A stretch of DNA of 64,000 nt from Trebonia sp. (GTDB lineage: Bacteria > Actinomycetota > Actinomycetes > Streptosporangiales > Streptosporangiaceae). This document shows positions 48,143 through 58,022 of the stretch, one piece after another. Positions within the stretch are counted from its first letter, which is position 1; each line of letters opens with the position of its first letter. Both the position numbers and the translations under genes were made by a program. Location: positions 569 to 64,568 of the forward strand of contig NZ_JASIAL010000203.1 of assembly GCF_030042015.1 (NCBI RefSeq), written 5' to 3'. The notes beneath the pieces were generated by a model, which did no database searches, had not been told where the DNA came from, and saw only the letters and a program-made list of their open reading frames with translations.

Positions 48143-49651
48143 ATGGGCCCAGCCGATCCTGAGGTTCGCACCACTGCCGGCCGGATCCGCGGGAGCGTCG
48201 AGGACGGAATAGCCGTGTTCCGCGGCATCCCGTTCGCGAAGCCGCCGCTTGGCGCGCTGAGGTTCCGCGCGCCCCAGCCGCCGGAGCCATGGGAGGCCGT
48301 GCGCGACGCCACGGCCTTCGGCCCGCCGGCGCCACAGGCGCGGTTCCCCGGGTCGCCGGCCGCCCCGCCGGCGGAGACCGACAGCGACGAGTGGCTCACC
48401 GTGAACGTCTGGACCCCGGACCCCGCGGCGAGGACGCTGCCGGTGATGGTCTGGATCCACGGCGGCGCGTACCTGTTCGGCTCGGCGGCCGATCCCGGCT
48501 ACGACGGCGGCAAGTTCGCGGGCGCCGGCACGGTCTTCGTGTCCTGCAACTACCGGCTCGGCATGGAGGGGTTCGCGCAGATCCCTGGCGCGCCGGCCAA
48601 CCGGGGACTGCTCGACCTGGTGGCCGCGCTGCGCTGGGTGCGCGACAACATTGACCGGTTCGGCGGCGACCCGGCGAACGTCACCGTGTTCGGCGAGTCG
48701 GCGGGGGCGGGCGCGATCTCGGCGCTGCTCGCGATGGACAGCGCCCGCGGCCTGTTCACGAGGGCGATCGCGCAGAGCGTGCCGGGGACGGTGTTCACCC
48801 CCGAGCTGAGCGCCGACATAACCCGGGCGATCGCGGCCGCGGCCGCGGTCCCCGCCACCTATGAGGCGCTCAGCGCGGCGCCGCCGACGCTCCTGGTCGA
48901 CGCGCAGATGGCGGTCACCGGCCGGATGAGGCAGTTTCCCCAGTGGGGCGCGGTGAACCTCACCGACACCCCGTTCTCCCCCGTCGTCGACGGTGAGGTG
49001 CTGCCCCGCGCGCCCTGGCGGGCGCTGCTGTCCGGCGCCGGCAGCGAGGTCGAACTGCTCACCGGCCACAACCGCGACGAGTACCGGCTGTTCATCGCGA
49101 TGTCCGGGCGGCTCGGCACGATCACCGAAGAAGACGCGGCCACCGTCCTGAACAGCTTCGCGCCGGCCCCGGACGGACCCGCGGGGTACCGCAAGTCGTA
49201 CCCGGAGGCGGACGCGGGCCGGCTGTTCGAGCTGGTCTTCTCCGACTGGCTGTTCCGGATGCCGACGCTGCACCTCGCGCAGGCGCACGCGGCCTCGGGT
49301 GGCAGGACGTTCCTGTATGAGCTGCGCGCCGAAGCGCCCGCCGGCCAGGGCATGTTCGGCGCATGCCACGCGCTCGACGTGCCGCTGGTGTTCGGCTCGG
49401 CGGGGCAGGGCATCGGCGCCCTGCTGACCGGCGAGCAGCCGCCGCCGGACTTTGTCGCGGTCGGCGACCTGATGCGCAGCGAGTGGCTCAGCTTCGCGAA
49501 CTCCGGCGACCCGGGCTGGCCGGTGTACGGGACCGAGCGCCGGACGACCCGGGTCTACGACCTGCAGCCCGACGTCGCGCCGTATCCAGAAGATGCGTCG
49601 ATGCACCTGTGGGAACGCCACCGGTTCGACGCCCTGGACCTGGCCCGCTGA
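48143..49651 (+). CDS. Type B carboxylesterase
   Basis: FRGIPFA, VWIHGG, NYRLG, FGGDPANVTVFGESAG, ACHALD. Confidence 0.93.
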   Translation: MGPADPEVRTTAGRIRGSVEDGIAVFRGIPFAKPPLGALRFRAPQPPEPWEAVRDATAFGPPAPQARFPGSPAAPPAETDSDEWLTVNVWTPDPAARTLPVMVWIHGGAYLFGSAADPGYDGGKFAGAGTVFVSCNYRLGMEGFAQIPGAPANRGLLDLVAALRWVRDNIDRFGGDPANVTVFGESAGAGAISALLAMDSARGLFTRAIAQSVPGTVFTPELSADITRAIAAAAAVPATYEALSAAPPTLLVDAQMAVTGRMRQFPQWGAVNLTDTPFSPVVDGEVLPRAPWRALLSGAGSEVELLTGHNRDEYRLFIAMSGRLGTITEEDAATVLNSFAPAPDGPAGYRKSYPEADAGRLFELVFSDWLFRMPTLHLAQAHAASGGRTFLYELRAEAPAGQGMFGACHALDVPLVFGSAGQGIGALLTGEQPPPDFVAVGDLMRSEWLSFANSGDPGWPVYGTERRTTRVYDLQPDVAPYPEDASMHLWERHRFDALDLAR

Positions 49652-49701
49652 CCGGCCCCGCTGACCGGCCCCGCCGAGCGACGCGGCCCGGCGTGCCCCG
49701 G

Positions 49702-51222
49702 CTACGCGCCGGCGGGGACGAGGTAGGACGCGAGGTGCGCGTCCACCGCGCCGAGCCCGGCGTGGTCGGCTGGGACCGCGCGGAAGCCGATGTAGCCGTC
49801 CGGCCGGACCAGGATGGCGCCGTCACCCGCCAGTCCGGCCCGCTTGGGATCGCCGTCGGCGGAGGCGACGTCGACGATCCCGTCCCACCGCCGGCGCAGG
49901 TAGCCGAGGTCAGCGTCCGCGGCCGGACCGAACACAAGCAGCTGGTGCCGCGTGCCGCTCAGCGACGTGCGGTCGGGGTAGCGATCGCCCGGCGCCGGGG
50001 ACGCCGGCGGCGGCGGCCCGCCGGGCGCGGAGTACTCGCCGGTCAGCGGGCTGTCGGCGTACGAGACGTCGAGCATGGAGCGGGCCCGGACCAGGCCGAG
50101 CACTTCGGCCGGCGCCGGCTGGGCAGGGAAGGAGCCGGTTCTGGCGCCCTCGACCGACGTGTGCGCCAGTGCGTGCAGGCGGTCGGAGACCTCAAGGACA
50201 TGGCGGTCGGCCGCAAAGCGCTCGGCGGCGAAGCTGTCGACCAGGCCAGGCCTGGCGCGACCGCGCAGCTGCAGCGCGAGCTTCCAGGCCAGGTTGTGCG
50301 CGTCGTGCAGGCCGGAGTTCAGGCCCTCACCGCCGAACGGGCTCGATAGGTGACCGGCGTCGCCAAGCAGGAAGCGCCGCGTGTCGGCCAGGCGCGGCAC
50401 GAGGCGCCGATGCATCTGGAACGGGGACGCCCAGCCGACGTCATCGAGCGTGAGCAGGGTGCCAGGGATCCGCCGGCCGATCGCCGTGGCGACCGCCTTC
50501 CGCGAGCGATCGCCGGCCAGCAGCTCCGCCTCGCTCGCGGACAGGTCGCCCACGAACGTGATCCAGCGCCCGTGCGGCAGCGGCGCGAGCAGCACGTAGC
50601 CGTCGGGGGAAGCGATCAGCGCCATGCCGTCGCGCGGCAGCCCGCACGACACACCTACGTCGGCCGCCAGCGCCACACCGGCGTAGGTGGAGCCCGCGAG
50701 TTCCTCGGCCATCGACTCCCGCGTCACGCTGTGCGCGCCGCCCGCCCCGATCACCCAGGCCGCCTCGACGCTGCCGACCGCTCCGTCCTCCCCCTTGAGC
50801 TCCGCCACGACGCCGTCGGACCGCTCGGTGAGCGACACGGCCGTGACCCCGCGCTCCACGCGGCCGCCGAGTTCGGCAAGCCGGCCGGCGAGGATCTGCT
50901 CGGTCTGCCACTGCGGCAGGCTGGCCTGGAACTCCCAGGGGCAGCCGGCCCCCGCCAGCGGCAGCTCGACCACGCACGCCAGGCCCGCGTCGAAGATCCG
51001 CGCGTACCCCAGGTGCACCGACGACTCGAGCACCCGCTGCGCGAGTCCCGCCTGCTGCAGGATTTCCAGCGTGGCCGGCTGCACGGCGGTCGCCCGGGCC
51101 TGATCGTGCGGGCGGCGCTCGCGCTCCACTACCCGGGCGCGCACTCCGTGGCGCGCCAGCTCCACGGCGGCGAAAAGCCCGGACGGCCCGCCGCCCACCA
51201 CAAGAACATCTGATTCCCTCAT
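49702..51222 (-). CDS. FAD-dependent monooxygenase (aromatic hydroxylase type)
   Basis: VVGGGPSG, LGDAGH...PFGGEGLNSGLHDAHNLAWKL, LVRPDGYI. Confidence 0.9.
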   Translation of the reverse strand: MRESDVLVVGGGPSGLFAAVELARHGVRARVVERERRPHDQARATAVQPATLEILQQAGLAQRVLESSVHLGYARIFDAGLACVVELPLAGAGCPWEFQASLPQWQTEQILAGRLAELGGRVERGVTAVSLTERSDGVVAELKGEDGAVGSVEAAWVIGAGGAHSVTRESMAEELAGSTYAGVALAADVGVSCGLPRDGMALIASPDGYVLLAPLPHGRWITFVGDLSASEAELLAGDRSRKAVATAIGRRIPGTLLTLDDVGWASPFQMHRRLVPRLADTRRFLLGDAGHLSSPFGGEGLNSGLHDAHNLAWKLALQLRGRARPGLVDSFAAERFAADRHVLEVSDRLHALAHTSVEGARTGSFPAQPAPAEVLGLVRARSMLDVSYADSPLTGEYSAPGGPPPPASPAPGDRYPDRTSLSGTRHQLLVFGPAADADLGYLRRRWDGIVDVASADGDPKRAGLAGDGAILVRPDGYIGFRAVPADHAGLGAVDAHLASYLVPAGA

Positions 51223-51283
51223 GTCCCCCACAAGTACCCATTAGAACGCACCAAGAACACCCACCGCCACCTCTGGCCGGCGT

Positions 51284-51317
51284 GGCGTAACCAGAGCGGC
51301 GTAACCAGAGCGGCGTA
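51284..51317. repeat. 14-bp tandem repeat (about 2.4 copies)
   Basis: GGCGTAACCAGAGC twice followed by GGCGTA, between the monooxygenase and dinG. Confidence 0.75.
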
Positions 51318-51329
51318 GTCGGCACCGGC

Positions 51330-53309
51330 TTAGCTCGCCGCCAGCCGCCGCAGCGCGCCCCGCACTACCTGCGGGTCGGTGGTCTGCCAGAAGGGCGGCA
51401 GCGACGCGCGCAGGAAGTCCCCGTACCGCTTGGTGACCAGCCGCGGGTCGAGCACCGCGACCACGCCGCGGTCGTCCACCGACCGCAGCAGCCGCCCGGC
51501 GCCCTGGGCGAGCAGCAGCGCGGCGTGCGCGACGGAAACCTCCATGAACCCGTTGCCGCCGCGCGCCTCCACCTGCCGGGTCCGCGCGCTCGCCAGCGGG
51601 TCGTCAGGGCGCGGGAACGGGATCCTGTCGATCACGACCAGCCGCAGCGACGGCCCTGGCACATCCACGCCCTGCCACAGCGACAGCGTCCCGAACAGGC
51701 AGGTCGGCTCGTCTGCTGCGAACTCCCGCACCAGCTGCCCGGTCGCGTCGTCCCCCTGGCACAGCAGCGGGAACCCCAGCTCCGGCCGCAGCGCGTTGGT
51801 CGCCTGGCGCGCCGCCCGCATCGAGGAGAACAGGCCGAGCGTCCGCCCGCCCGCCGCCTCGATCAGCCCCGCGAGCTCCGTGACGTACTGCGCCGGGAGC
51901 CCGTCCCGCCCCGGCGGTGGCAGGTGCCTGGCGACGTACAAGATCCCGCTGCGCCCGTGCGCGAACGGCGAGCCGACGTCGATGCCGCTCCACGTGGTGC
52001 CCATCGAGTCCGCGTCAAGCCCCCACTGCCTGGCGAGCGGCACGAACGAGCCGCCAAGGGTCAGCGTCGCGGAGGTGAGCACCACGGTCCGCTGCGCGAA
52101 GAGCGATGCTGCCAGCACCTCCCCGACCTCAAGCGGCGCGACGTGCAGCGTCGCGGGGCGCGATGTGTCGGCAACGTCGTCCGCCCGTTCCAGCCAGACG
52201 ACCTCGTCGCGCTCCTCAACCGGCTCGTCGAACGTCGTGACCATGCGTTCGGCGGTGACCGCGATGTCGACAAGGCCGACCAGTGCCGCCTGCCCGGCGG
52301 CGGCCACCCCCGGGTCGCCCTCGTTGCGCTTGACGGCGCTGCGCACCTCCGCCGCGCACGTCACGGCCGTGTTGTGCAGGACGCCGAGCGACGCCGCCAG
52401 CGCCGGATCGAGCCGGTCCATCCGCCCCGCGGGCGTGGTCAGCAGCAGCGGGCCAAGCGCGTTGCCCGCCTCGGCGAGCCGCCCGGTCTCCGCCTCGCTG
52501 GCCAGCCGCCCGCAGCGCCGCACCGCCGCCTCCACCGCGGTCGCCGACAGCTCGCCGCTCGCCACCGATCGCACCCGGTCCACAAGCTCGTGCGCCTCGT
52601 CGACGACGACGACGCGGTGCTCGGGCAAGATCCCGCCCTCGCCGAGCGCGTCGATCGCGAGCAGCGCATGGTTGGTGACCACCACATCGGCGTCCGCCGC
52701 TATCCGCCGTGCGCGCTCACTAAAACATTGGATCCCGAACGGACACCGCTGACTCCCGATGCACTCCATTGCTGTCACGGACGCCTGGCGCCACGCCTGG
52801 TCGGGCACCCCGGGAACGAGCTCGTCCCTGTCCCCGGTGGCGGTGGCGCCTGCCCACTCGTGCAGCCGCTTGACGTGCAGGCCTAGCGCGCTGGTCGGCT
52901 CGAACAGCGCCTCCTGCCCGGCCTGCGGGGCGCTGCTCAGCTTGTGCAGGCACAGGTAATTGGCGCGGCCCTTGAGTATCGCGAACGCGGGGGTGCGGCC
53001 GAGCGGGCCGCGCAGCGCGTCAACGAGCCGGGGCAGGTCGCGGTCGACGAGCTGGCGCTGCAGCGCGATCGTCGCCGTGGACACGACGACCGGGCCGCGC
53101 TGGCTGGTCGTGAGCAGCAGCGCGGGCACCAGGTAGGCCAGCGACTTGCCGGTGCCCGTGCCCGCCTGGACCGCGAGGTGGGCTCGGTCGGCCATCGCGG
53201 TCCAGACGGCTTCCGCCATCAGAGTCTGCCCGGGCCGCTCCAAGCCGCCGATCGCGGCGATCGCCCTTGCGAGAAGCTCCTGAACCTGTGCAGGCGATCT
53301 GTCGGCCAC
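51330..53309 (-). CDS. dinG: DinG family ATP-dependent helicase
   Basis: RPGQ, QAGTGTGKS, KGRANYLC, Fe-S cysteines, VDEAH, TSAT, WQGVDVPG, QGAGRLLR. Confidence 0.92.
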   Translation of the reverse strand: MADRSPAQVQELLARAIAAIGGLERPGQTLMAEAVWTAMADRAHLAVQAGTGTGKSLAYLVPALLLTTSQRGPVVVSTATIALQRQLVDRDLPRLVDALRGPLGRTPAFAILKGRANYLCLHKLSSAPQAGQEALFEPTSALGLHVKRLHEWAGATATGDRDELVPGVPDQAWRQASVTAMECIGSQRCPFGIQCFSERARRIAADADVVVTNHALLAIDALGEGGILPEHRVVVVDEAHELVDRVRSVASGELSATAVEAAVRRCGRLASEAETGRLAEAGNALGPLLLTTPAGRMDRLDPALAASLGVLHNTAVTCAAEVRSAVKRNEGDPGVAAAGQAALVGLVDIAVTAERMVTTFDEPVEERDEVVWLERADDVADTSRPATLHVAPLEVGEVLAASLFAQRTVVLTSATLTLGGSFVPLARQWGLDADSMGTTWSGIDVGSPFAHGRSGILYVARHLPPPGRDGLPAQYVTELAGLIEAAGGRTLGLFSSMRAARQATNALRPELGFPLLCQGDDATGQLVREFAADEPTCLFGTLSLWQGVDVPGPSLRLVVIDRIPFPRPDDPLASARTRQVEARGGNGFMEVSVAHAALLLAQGAGRLLRSVDDRGVVAVLDPRLVTKRYGDFLRASLPPFWQTTDPQVVRGALRRLAAS

Positions 53310-53332
53310 GAGCGAGACGCTACCCTATGCAC
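53310..53332. promoter_or_regulatory. Candidate bidirectional leaderless promoter
   Basis: TACCCT (+, 53321-53326) 6 nt before GTG 53333 and TAGCGT (-, 53322-53317) 7 nt before the dinG GTG at 53309; no room for SD sequences. Confidence 0.5.
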
Positions 53333-53851
53333 GTGCCGATCTACGCCCTGGACGATGACGAGCCGGACATCGACGAACTTGCCTACGTGGCCCCTGATGC
53401 GGTGGTGATCGGGCGGGTGACGATCGGCCCTGAGGCGTCCGTGTGGCCGGGTGCCGTGCTCCGCGGCGACCACGGGACGATCACGGTGGGCGCGCGGACG
53501 TCGGTGCAGGACGGCACGGTCGTGCACGTGAGCGTGCGCGCGCCGACGGTGATCGGAGCGGACTGCGTGATCGGGCACAACGCGCACCTGGAGGGGTGCG
53601 TGGTCGAGGACGGATGCCTGATCGGCTCGGGGTCTGTGACGCTGAACCGTGCCGTCGTCGGCGCGGGCTCGATCGTCGCCGCGGCCGCCCTCGTGCCCGA
53701 GGGCTTCGTCGTGCCGCCCGGCGCGCTGGTGGCGGGCGTGCCCGCGACGATCAAGCGCACCGGCGTCGACACCAGCTGGACACGGCAGGCGGTCAGCACC
53801 TACATCGAAACCGCCCGCCACCACCGGGCAGGCCTGCGCCGCCTCCGCTAA
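53333..53851 (+). CDS. Gamma carbonic anhydrase family (hexapeptide repeat) protein
   Basis: VAPDAVVIGRV, VWPGAVLRGD, SVQDGTVVH, IGHNAHLEGC, GVPA. Alternative ATG at 53327. Confidence 0.92.
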   Translation: MPIYALDDDEPDIDELAYVAPDAVVIGRVTIGPEASVWPGAVLRGDHGTITVGARTSVQDGTVVHVSVRAPTVIGADCVIGHNAHLEGCVVEDGCLIGSGSVTLNRAVVGAGSIVAAAALVPEGFVVPPGALVAGVPATIKRTGVDTSWTRQAVSTYIETARHHRAGLRRLR

Positions 53852-53929
53852 CCGACCTGCGCCCCCGACCGCGCCGCCCCCGCGTTCACCTGGGCGTTGC
53901 CGCCCCCAGACGATTAGCGGCCGGCCGGC

Positions 53930-54616
53930 TCACGGCCGCCAGCTCGCGGTCCCGGCCGGCGGCTGGCCGCGGCCGTCGGTGTCGGGGTCGAGCAGCCGCT
54001 CGGGCTCGACGGCCTCCCCCTGGTCCAGCTCGCCGGCGATCGCAGTGCGGCGATTGCGCTCGCGCGCCAGGTCCAGGTCGCGTTGCGCCTGCCTGAGCTG
54101 CTGCCGCAACCGCACGTTCTCCGCGGTGAGCGTTCCGTGCCTGGTCCACGCGGTGGCCAGCTCCCGCTCGAGCCCCGCCACGGTCTGCTCCAGGTCGGCC
54201 GGGCTGGTCGCGAGCCGCCGGATGACCTGGCTGAGCAGCCTGCGGGCAAGCTCGTCATAGTCCAGGCCGGAGACGGCTTGCGGTGCCGCCTGGGTGGCGG
54301 TCGGGGCCGGGTTCGCCCGCCTCGGGCGCGTGGCCGGCGCCGGCGTGCCAGGCAGGGCGATGCGGTAGGTGCGCTTGCCGCGCACGTCCCGCGCGATCAG
54401 CCCGTCACGCTCCATGCCGGAGAGCAGCTGCGCGAACGCGACGCTGGAACCCGGGTACCCGACTGCCCCGGCGAGCTTGGTGCTCGCCATCCCGTTGGGA
54501 TCGGCGATCTCGGCGGCCGCCGCGAGATGAGCGATGATCCGGTCCCGGGTGCCGACCGCCCGCGGCCGGCCGGCGGTTCGTTTCGTGCCTGCGCGCGTGA
54601 TTTTAGACCCGCCCAT
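53930..54616 (-). CDS. Hypothetical protein, putative winged-helix + coiled-coil regulator
   Basis: TRDRIIAHL...STKLAGAV...FAQLLSGMERDGLIARDVRGKRTYRI (wHTH-like), LDYDELARRLL, heptad-rich C-terminus. Confidence 0.6.
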   Translation of the reverse strand: MGGSKITRAGTKRTAGRPRAVGTRDRIIAHLAAAAEIADPNGMASTKLAGAVGYPGSSVAFAQLLSGMERDGLIARDVRGKRTYRIALPGTPAPATRPRRANPAPTATQAAPQAVSGLDYDELARRLLSQVIRRLATSPADLEQTVAGLERELATAWTRHGTLTAENVRLRQQLRQAQRDLDLARERNRRTAIAGELDQGEAVEPERLLDPDTDGRGQPPAGTASWRP

Positions 54617-54978
54617 CGCGTCCCCCACCTCTGGCTCTCTCCCTACGCTGTGCAATCATGCCCGCTGACCCGCGGCTGCCCTCATGATAGTACGGCCTGA
54701 CCTGGGCAGACCCTGGCGGCAGAGATTGCCGTCGCGGACGGGAATCGGTTGGCTGGCGGGTCCGCGAAACGCCGGAACGTTATCATTTCGAGCCCGGGAT
54801 GATAGGCGGCCCGGGTATCAGCTCGATGTCGGCCGATGGCGGCTTCCCGCGTCTGCCCGCTGGGTCGCCGGACCCGGCTACCATACGTTCCAGTGCGTGC
54901 TGCACCGCCGGATCCCGGGCTCCGGCGCGATCGCGCACAAGGCGACCCGTCCGTACGAAACCAGGGGCGACAGCGACC

Positions 54979-56520
54979 ATGAGCTCTGGTCTGGCTGGTG
55001 ACATCGGCATCAGCCTCGACTACGGGCTCACGCTGCTGGCCGCGATGCTGATCGGGACCGGGTTCGTCCTGCAGCAGCACGCGGCCGAACGCGAGCCCCA
55101 GTCGCGCTTTCTCAGCTGGCGGCTGATGACCGACCTGGTGCGCGCCCCGCGCTGGCTCGCCGGGATCTCGTGCATGGTGCTCGGCTACATTCTCGCGGCC
55201 TGGTCGATCGGGCACCTCGAGCTGTCGTTCGTAGAGCCGCTGCTGGCCACCAACCTGATCTTCGCGCTGGTGCTCGCGGTGCCGTTGGCGCGGCGGTCGG
55301 TCAGGTTCTGGGAGGTGTTCGGCGCGGCGGTGCTGTGCACCGGGGTGGCGCTGCTGTCGTTGTCGAGGTCGGCGAAGCCGATCGGCCTGTCGTTCGGCTC
55401 GGTGTCGCACTGGCCGGCCGCCGCCGTGATCGCCGCGGTCGCGTTCCTGGCCGTGCAGGCGGGCCGCAGGCGATCGAATCGGGCGAAGGCGATGCTCACC
55501 GGGGTCGGCGCGGGCCTGGTGCTCGGCATCCAGGACGCGCTGACCCGGCAGACCCTGCAGATCCTGCAGTCCAACGGGATCAGCGGGATGTTCGCCGCGT
55601 GGGCGCCATACGCGCTGGTCGGCGCGGGCGTGACGGGCATCTGGCTGATGCAGAGCGCGTTCAACGCCGGACCGCTGCAGGTGTCGCTGCCTGCCATCTC
55701 CGCGGGCGAGCCGCTGGTGGGCATCCTGCTCGGCATCATCGTCTTCGGTGACCGCATCCAGGTCGCCCCGGGAATGCTGGCGATCCAGGCGGGCGGTATC
55801 GCCGCGCTGGTCGTCGGCGTGATCATGGTGGCCCGTGCCCCGGCGCTGTCGCAGCTGCGGACGTGGACGCCGCCCACGATTGCGCACGGCATTCCCGGCA
55901 GGCACTCCGGCCACGCCGACGGGCAGCCGGCGGAGGAGCCTGCGCCGAATGGGCAGCAGGACAGCGGCCAGCAGGAGAACGGCCAGCAGCCGAGCACCGA
56001 GCCGGTGACGGGCCCCCCGGCCGGCCAGGCCGCGAACGGCCAGGCCCCGTCCGGGCAGCCGGCGGGCGACGCGGCCGCCCAGCGGTCACAGCCCGGTATG
56101 CGGGGCTTACGAAAGCCGGTCGCGCGAACCCGAGGAGGCCCAGCCCCGGACGGTCGAGCTCTGGGTGCCGCGGCCGAGGAAACGTTCCATCGCGGTCCCG
56201 ACGCCGCCCTCGTCACCGATCAGCTTCCTGATCGTGACGATCATCGTGGGCAGCGCCCAGAAGTCGCCGCACACCCACAAGATCGCCGCGCCGATCTGCT
56301 GGTCAGCGAACGGCGGCAGGGTCACGCCGGGCACGTGGTTGTAGATCGCATACACCGAATAGTTCGTGAAGATGCTCAGCGACATCGCGATGATGATCAT
56401 CACGACGTTGGTGGCGAGCAGCGCCGCGGCCCGGCCGAGCAGGGGCAGCTGGCTGCGGAACGGCGGCGAGGGGATGAACTGCAGCCAGAAGATCACCCCC
56501 GCGACGAAGAAGCTCGTTAG
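54979..56520 (+). CDS. DMT family membrane transporter with long C-terminal tail
   Basis: GFVLQQHAA, PRWLAG, LSFVEPLL, QSAFNAGPL, EPLVGILLG; frame stays open 414 bp into the convergent ctaG gene. Confidence 0.8.
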   Translation: MSSGLAGDIGISLDYGLTLLAAMLIGTGFVLQQHAAEREPQSRFLSWRLMTDLVRAPRWLAGISCMVLGYILAAWSIGHLELSFVEPLLATNLIFALVLAVPLARRSVRFWEVFGAAVLCTGVALLSLSRSAKPIGLSFGSVSHWPAAAVIAAVAFLAVQAGRRRSNRAKAMLTGVGAGLVLGIQDALTRQTLQILQSNGISGMFAAWAPYALVGAGVTGIWLMQSAFNAGPLQVSLPAISAGEPLVGILLGIIVFGDRIQVAPGMLAIQAGGIAALVVGVIMVARAPALSQLRTWTPPTIAHGIPGRHSGHADGQPAEEPAPNGQQDSGQQENGQQPSTEPVTGPPAGQAANGQAPSGQPAGDAAAQRSQPGMRGLRKPVARTRGGPAPDGRALGAAAEETFHRGPDAALVTDQLPDRDDHRGQRPEVAAHPQDRRADLLVSERRQGHAGHVVVDRIHRIVREDAQRHRDDDHHDVGGEQRRGPAEQGQLAAERRRGDELQPEDHPRDEEAR

Positions 56521-57027
56521 CATCAGCCACACGCGCACCGCCGAGTTCGACTCTCCCACGTCGAACAGCGCAGGGATGTGCCAGCCCACCATCACGAGGT
56601 TGAAGCAGGCTATCGCCACCCACGGCCGCAGGAAGAACCCGCCGGCCCTGCGCATCCGCTGTGACCAGCTGTGCGTAGCCCCCGCGCCCGCTGCCGGCGG
56701 GCCGGACCGCCAGGGCAGCGCGTCGTGCAGTGGCTGCCACGGCGCGCCAGCGACGACCAGCGACGGCGCGGCGAACATCAGCAGCAGGTGCTGCAGCATG
56801 TGCACCAGGAAGTACGACCCGGCCCAATAGTCGATCGGGGACTCGAACGCGATGAGGAAGACCGCGAGGCCGGAGTAGAACCAGCAGGACCGCAGCCTGC
56901 GTTCCCTGGTCCGCTCCGGCGTGGACCGGCTGGCGAGCCGCCGCAGCCCGATCTCGTGCCACACGACCACCACGAGCGCGATGACCAGGAACGGGTCGAA
57001 CGACCAGTTGTCCAGGATGTAATGCAT
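56107..57027 (-). CDS. ctaG: Cytochrome c oxidase assembly protein (Caa3-type CtaG)
   Basis: SPIDYW, HMLQHLLLMFAAP, GWHIPALFD, DQQIGAAILW. Confidence 0.85.
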   Translation of the reverse strand: MHYILDNWSFDPFLVIALVVVVWHEIGLRRLASRSTPERTRERRLRSCWFYSGLAVFLIAFESPIDYWAGSYFLVHMLQHLLLMFAAPSLVVAGAPWQPLHDALPWRSGPPAAGAGATHSWSQRMRRAGGFFLRPWVAIACFNLVMVGWHIPALFDVGESNSAVRVWLMLTSFFVAGVIFWLQFIPSPPFRSQLPLLGRAAALLATNVVMIIIAMSLSIFTNYSVYAIYNHVPGVTLPPFADQQIGAAILWVCGDFWALPTMIVTIRKLIGDEGGVGTAMERFLGRGTQSSTVRGWASSGSRDRLS

Positions 57028-57209
57028 GCGGGCACCTAACTCGCGTAGCCATGCTGTAGCTCACAAACACGGTACGCAGGGCCGTGACGCGATCGTGAGG
57101 GCCCCAGTGCAACATGAGCAAGATGTCATCGATCCCGCTGGACCAACAGACGCGCGGCCGGGAACCGGAGCGCGCGACCGGATCCCGGCCCCTGGCTGGC
57201 CGGGAGGTC

Positions 57210-57944
57210 CTACTCCGCTGGCTTGGGCTTGCCGAGTCCCCAGAGGGCGGCGGATACCACGGTGATGCAGAACAGCAGGAACGTGATCGCGTGCACGCCT
57301 GTGCAGTATTCGCAGATCTCCCCAATCTGGTACAGCTCGGCGTAGATCAGGTACATCACGAACCCCATGCCCACGATCATCGAGCCGAGCCGCAGCCAGG
57401 CCACCTCGCGCCGCTGCGCCTGCCACGCCCACGGCGTCATGATCGCGACCACGAACACGTAGAACGCGAGCCCGAGGATGGCCACGGGGATGACCCCGAA
57501 GACCATCGACTGCGGGCTGGTGATCACGGCGGTGCAGTTGAACGTCCCGTGCCCGCCCGTGGGGCAGCCCAACAGCCTCGACCCGTTGAAGTGCGCGTAG
57601 GTCTCGTAGGCGGACACCCCGAGCCCCGCGATGGCCAGCGCGAGCGAGACGATCTGCAGCCACCGCGGCGGGCCGGACGGGCCGCCGGCTTCCTGCGGGA
57701 CCTCAGCGGACGGCCGCCCGCCGGGCCTGGCGGGCCTGGCCTGGGGGGCCGGCTGCGGCCTGCTCGTAGGCGTCGCCTTGACGCCGCCGGGTGCCGTCGG
57801 CTTGCTGGCCACCGCCTGGGCAGTAGCGGATGACCCGGTAGCGCTCGCGCCTGCCGTCCGGGAGTTGTCGCGGGCCGTGGTGCCGGCGCGAGTCCCCTTG
57901 CTAGCGGCGGGCCGGTTCCGGGAGCGCGCCTTCGAACTTGCCAT
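57210..57944 (-). CDS. Vitamin K epoxide reductase (VKOR) family protein
   Basis: Loop cysteines C...NCTAVITSPQS, FGVIPVAILG, YLIYAEL...ICEYCTGVH. Confidence 0.92.
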   Translation of the reverse strand: MASSKARSRNRPAASKGTRAGTTARDNSRTAGASATGSSATAQAVASKPTAPGGVKATPTSRPQPAPQARPARPGGRPSAEVPQEAGGPSGPPRWLQIVSLALAIAGLGVSAYETYAHFNGSRLLGCPTGGHGTFNCTAVITSPQSMVFGVIPVAILGLAFYVFVVAIMTPWAWQAQRREVAWLRLGSMIVGMGFVMYLIYAELYQIGEICEYCTGVHAITFLLFCITVVSAALWGLGKPKPAE

Positions 57945-58022
57945 GGGGGTTCGGTCTCCAGTGCTGTGATCGCGGCGGCAGGTCGCTGCTCAGCCTACCG
58001 CCGATGACCGCTCGTGAACGGG

